A stretch of DNA of 64,000 nt from Parasitella parasitica NRRL 2501 (Eukaryota; Fungi; Mucoromycota). The translations under genes were made by a program, and so were the position numbers. The DNA lies in assembly GCA_025201805.1 (NCBI GenBank), contig MU619268.1, positions 3,472 through 67,471 of the forward strand, written 5' to 3'. Positions 63,817 to 64,000 of the stretch are shown here, in pieces. The notes under the pieces are model-generated. The model saw only the letters and a program-made list of their open reading frames with translations, was not told the origin of the DNA and ran no database searches. Each line of letters opens with the position of its first letter. The stretch's first letter is position 1.

Positions 63817-64000
63817 ATGGCCTTCCGATTTAATTGGCCAGAGTTTGATAGTGAATTTTATGGCGAGGCACGCTCTCAGCTCGAAGCAGCGTTGAACAAA
63901 GGGAACAAACCTAAAAATATCGTAGACCACATTTCAGTAACAGAGCTAAATATGGGAACTACAGTAATGTCGCAAAAAAAAAAAAAAAAAATGAGTACTT
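63817..64000 (+). CDS. MDM34: ERMES subunit Mdm34 (first exon 63817-63963; gene continues past the window)
   Basis: MAFRFNWPEFDSEFYGEARSQLEAALNKGNKPKNIVDHISVTELNMGTT followed by a GT donor matches the Mdm34 SMP-domain N-terminus. Confidence 0.9.
   Translation, partial: MAFRFNWPEFDSEFYGEARSQLEAALNKGNKPKNIVDHISVTELNMGTTVMSQKKKKKMST

Noticed and set aside
63633-63818. Minus-strand 61-aa ORF / U1-like ATACTTAC at 63721
   Set aside because: It overlaps the pyrimidine-rich MDM34 leader, the U1 match stops after 8 nt, and there is no U1 structure or Sm site.
1-64000. U12-type introns, tRNA/rRNA genes, CRISPR arrays, a biosynthetic gene cluster, and the many antisense ORFs in the track
   Set aside because: No RTATCCTT donors in the introns examined, no tRNA or rRNA signatures, no repeat-spacer array, and neighbouring genes are functionally unrelated. 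The antisense ORFs are shadows of real exons.

Overview
AT-rich, gene-dense fungal genomic DNA with short (mostly 50-70 nt) GT-AG introns; the gene sequences are most consistent with an early-diverging fungus, probably Mucorales (inference). It is a draft assembly with N gaps at 3842-3851, 23139-23318 and 58880-58889. The left end holds the frameshifted 3' end of a chromodomain-bearing Ty3/gypsy retrotransposon, its PPT and LTR, further LTR-like fragments, and an exact 1.53-kb duplication across a gap (probably an assembly artefact). The rest holds about 27 mostly housekeeping genes: PX/PH-RhoGAP, RPB12, eIF2B-beta, ATG6, SNF8, an auxin-efflux-carrier-family transporter, G-alpha, PMT, glycerol kinase, RTC3-like, EMC8/9, an ERGIC-53-type lectin, SIP5, STEEP1, a PX/DUF3818 protein, HIU hydrolase, NDUFB9, APC15-like, HP1-like, CK2-beta, a LIM protein, syntaxin, TMA22, a SUT1-like permease, PDX1 and the start of MDM34. 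The most notable results come from reading past the ORF track: (i) several 'intergenic' gaps are decayed copies of conserved genes (COQ8/ABC1, a ZnT zinc transporter, GMPPA, possibly POP1 and others), suggesting gene loss after a large-scale or whole-genome duplication; (ii) a hidden 4-exon HIU hydrolase whose first exon is a PTS2 signal followed by a second in-frame ATG; (iii) a Tc1/paired-like HTH + Myb/SANT fusion gene; (iv) an orphan acidic secreted protein with a KRKR-delimited cationic C-terminal peptide; and (v) micro-exons and splice acceptors preceded by poly-A tracts. All calls were made by eye; no database searches were run.
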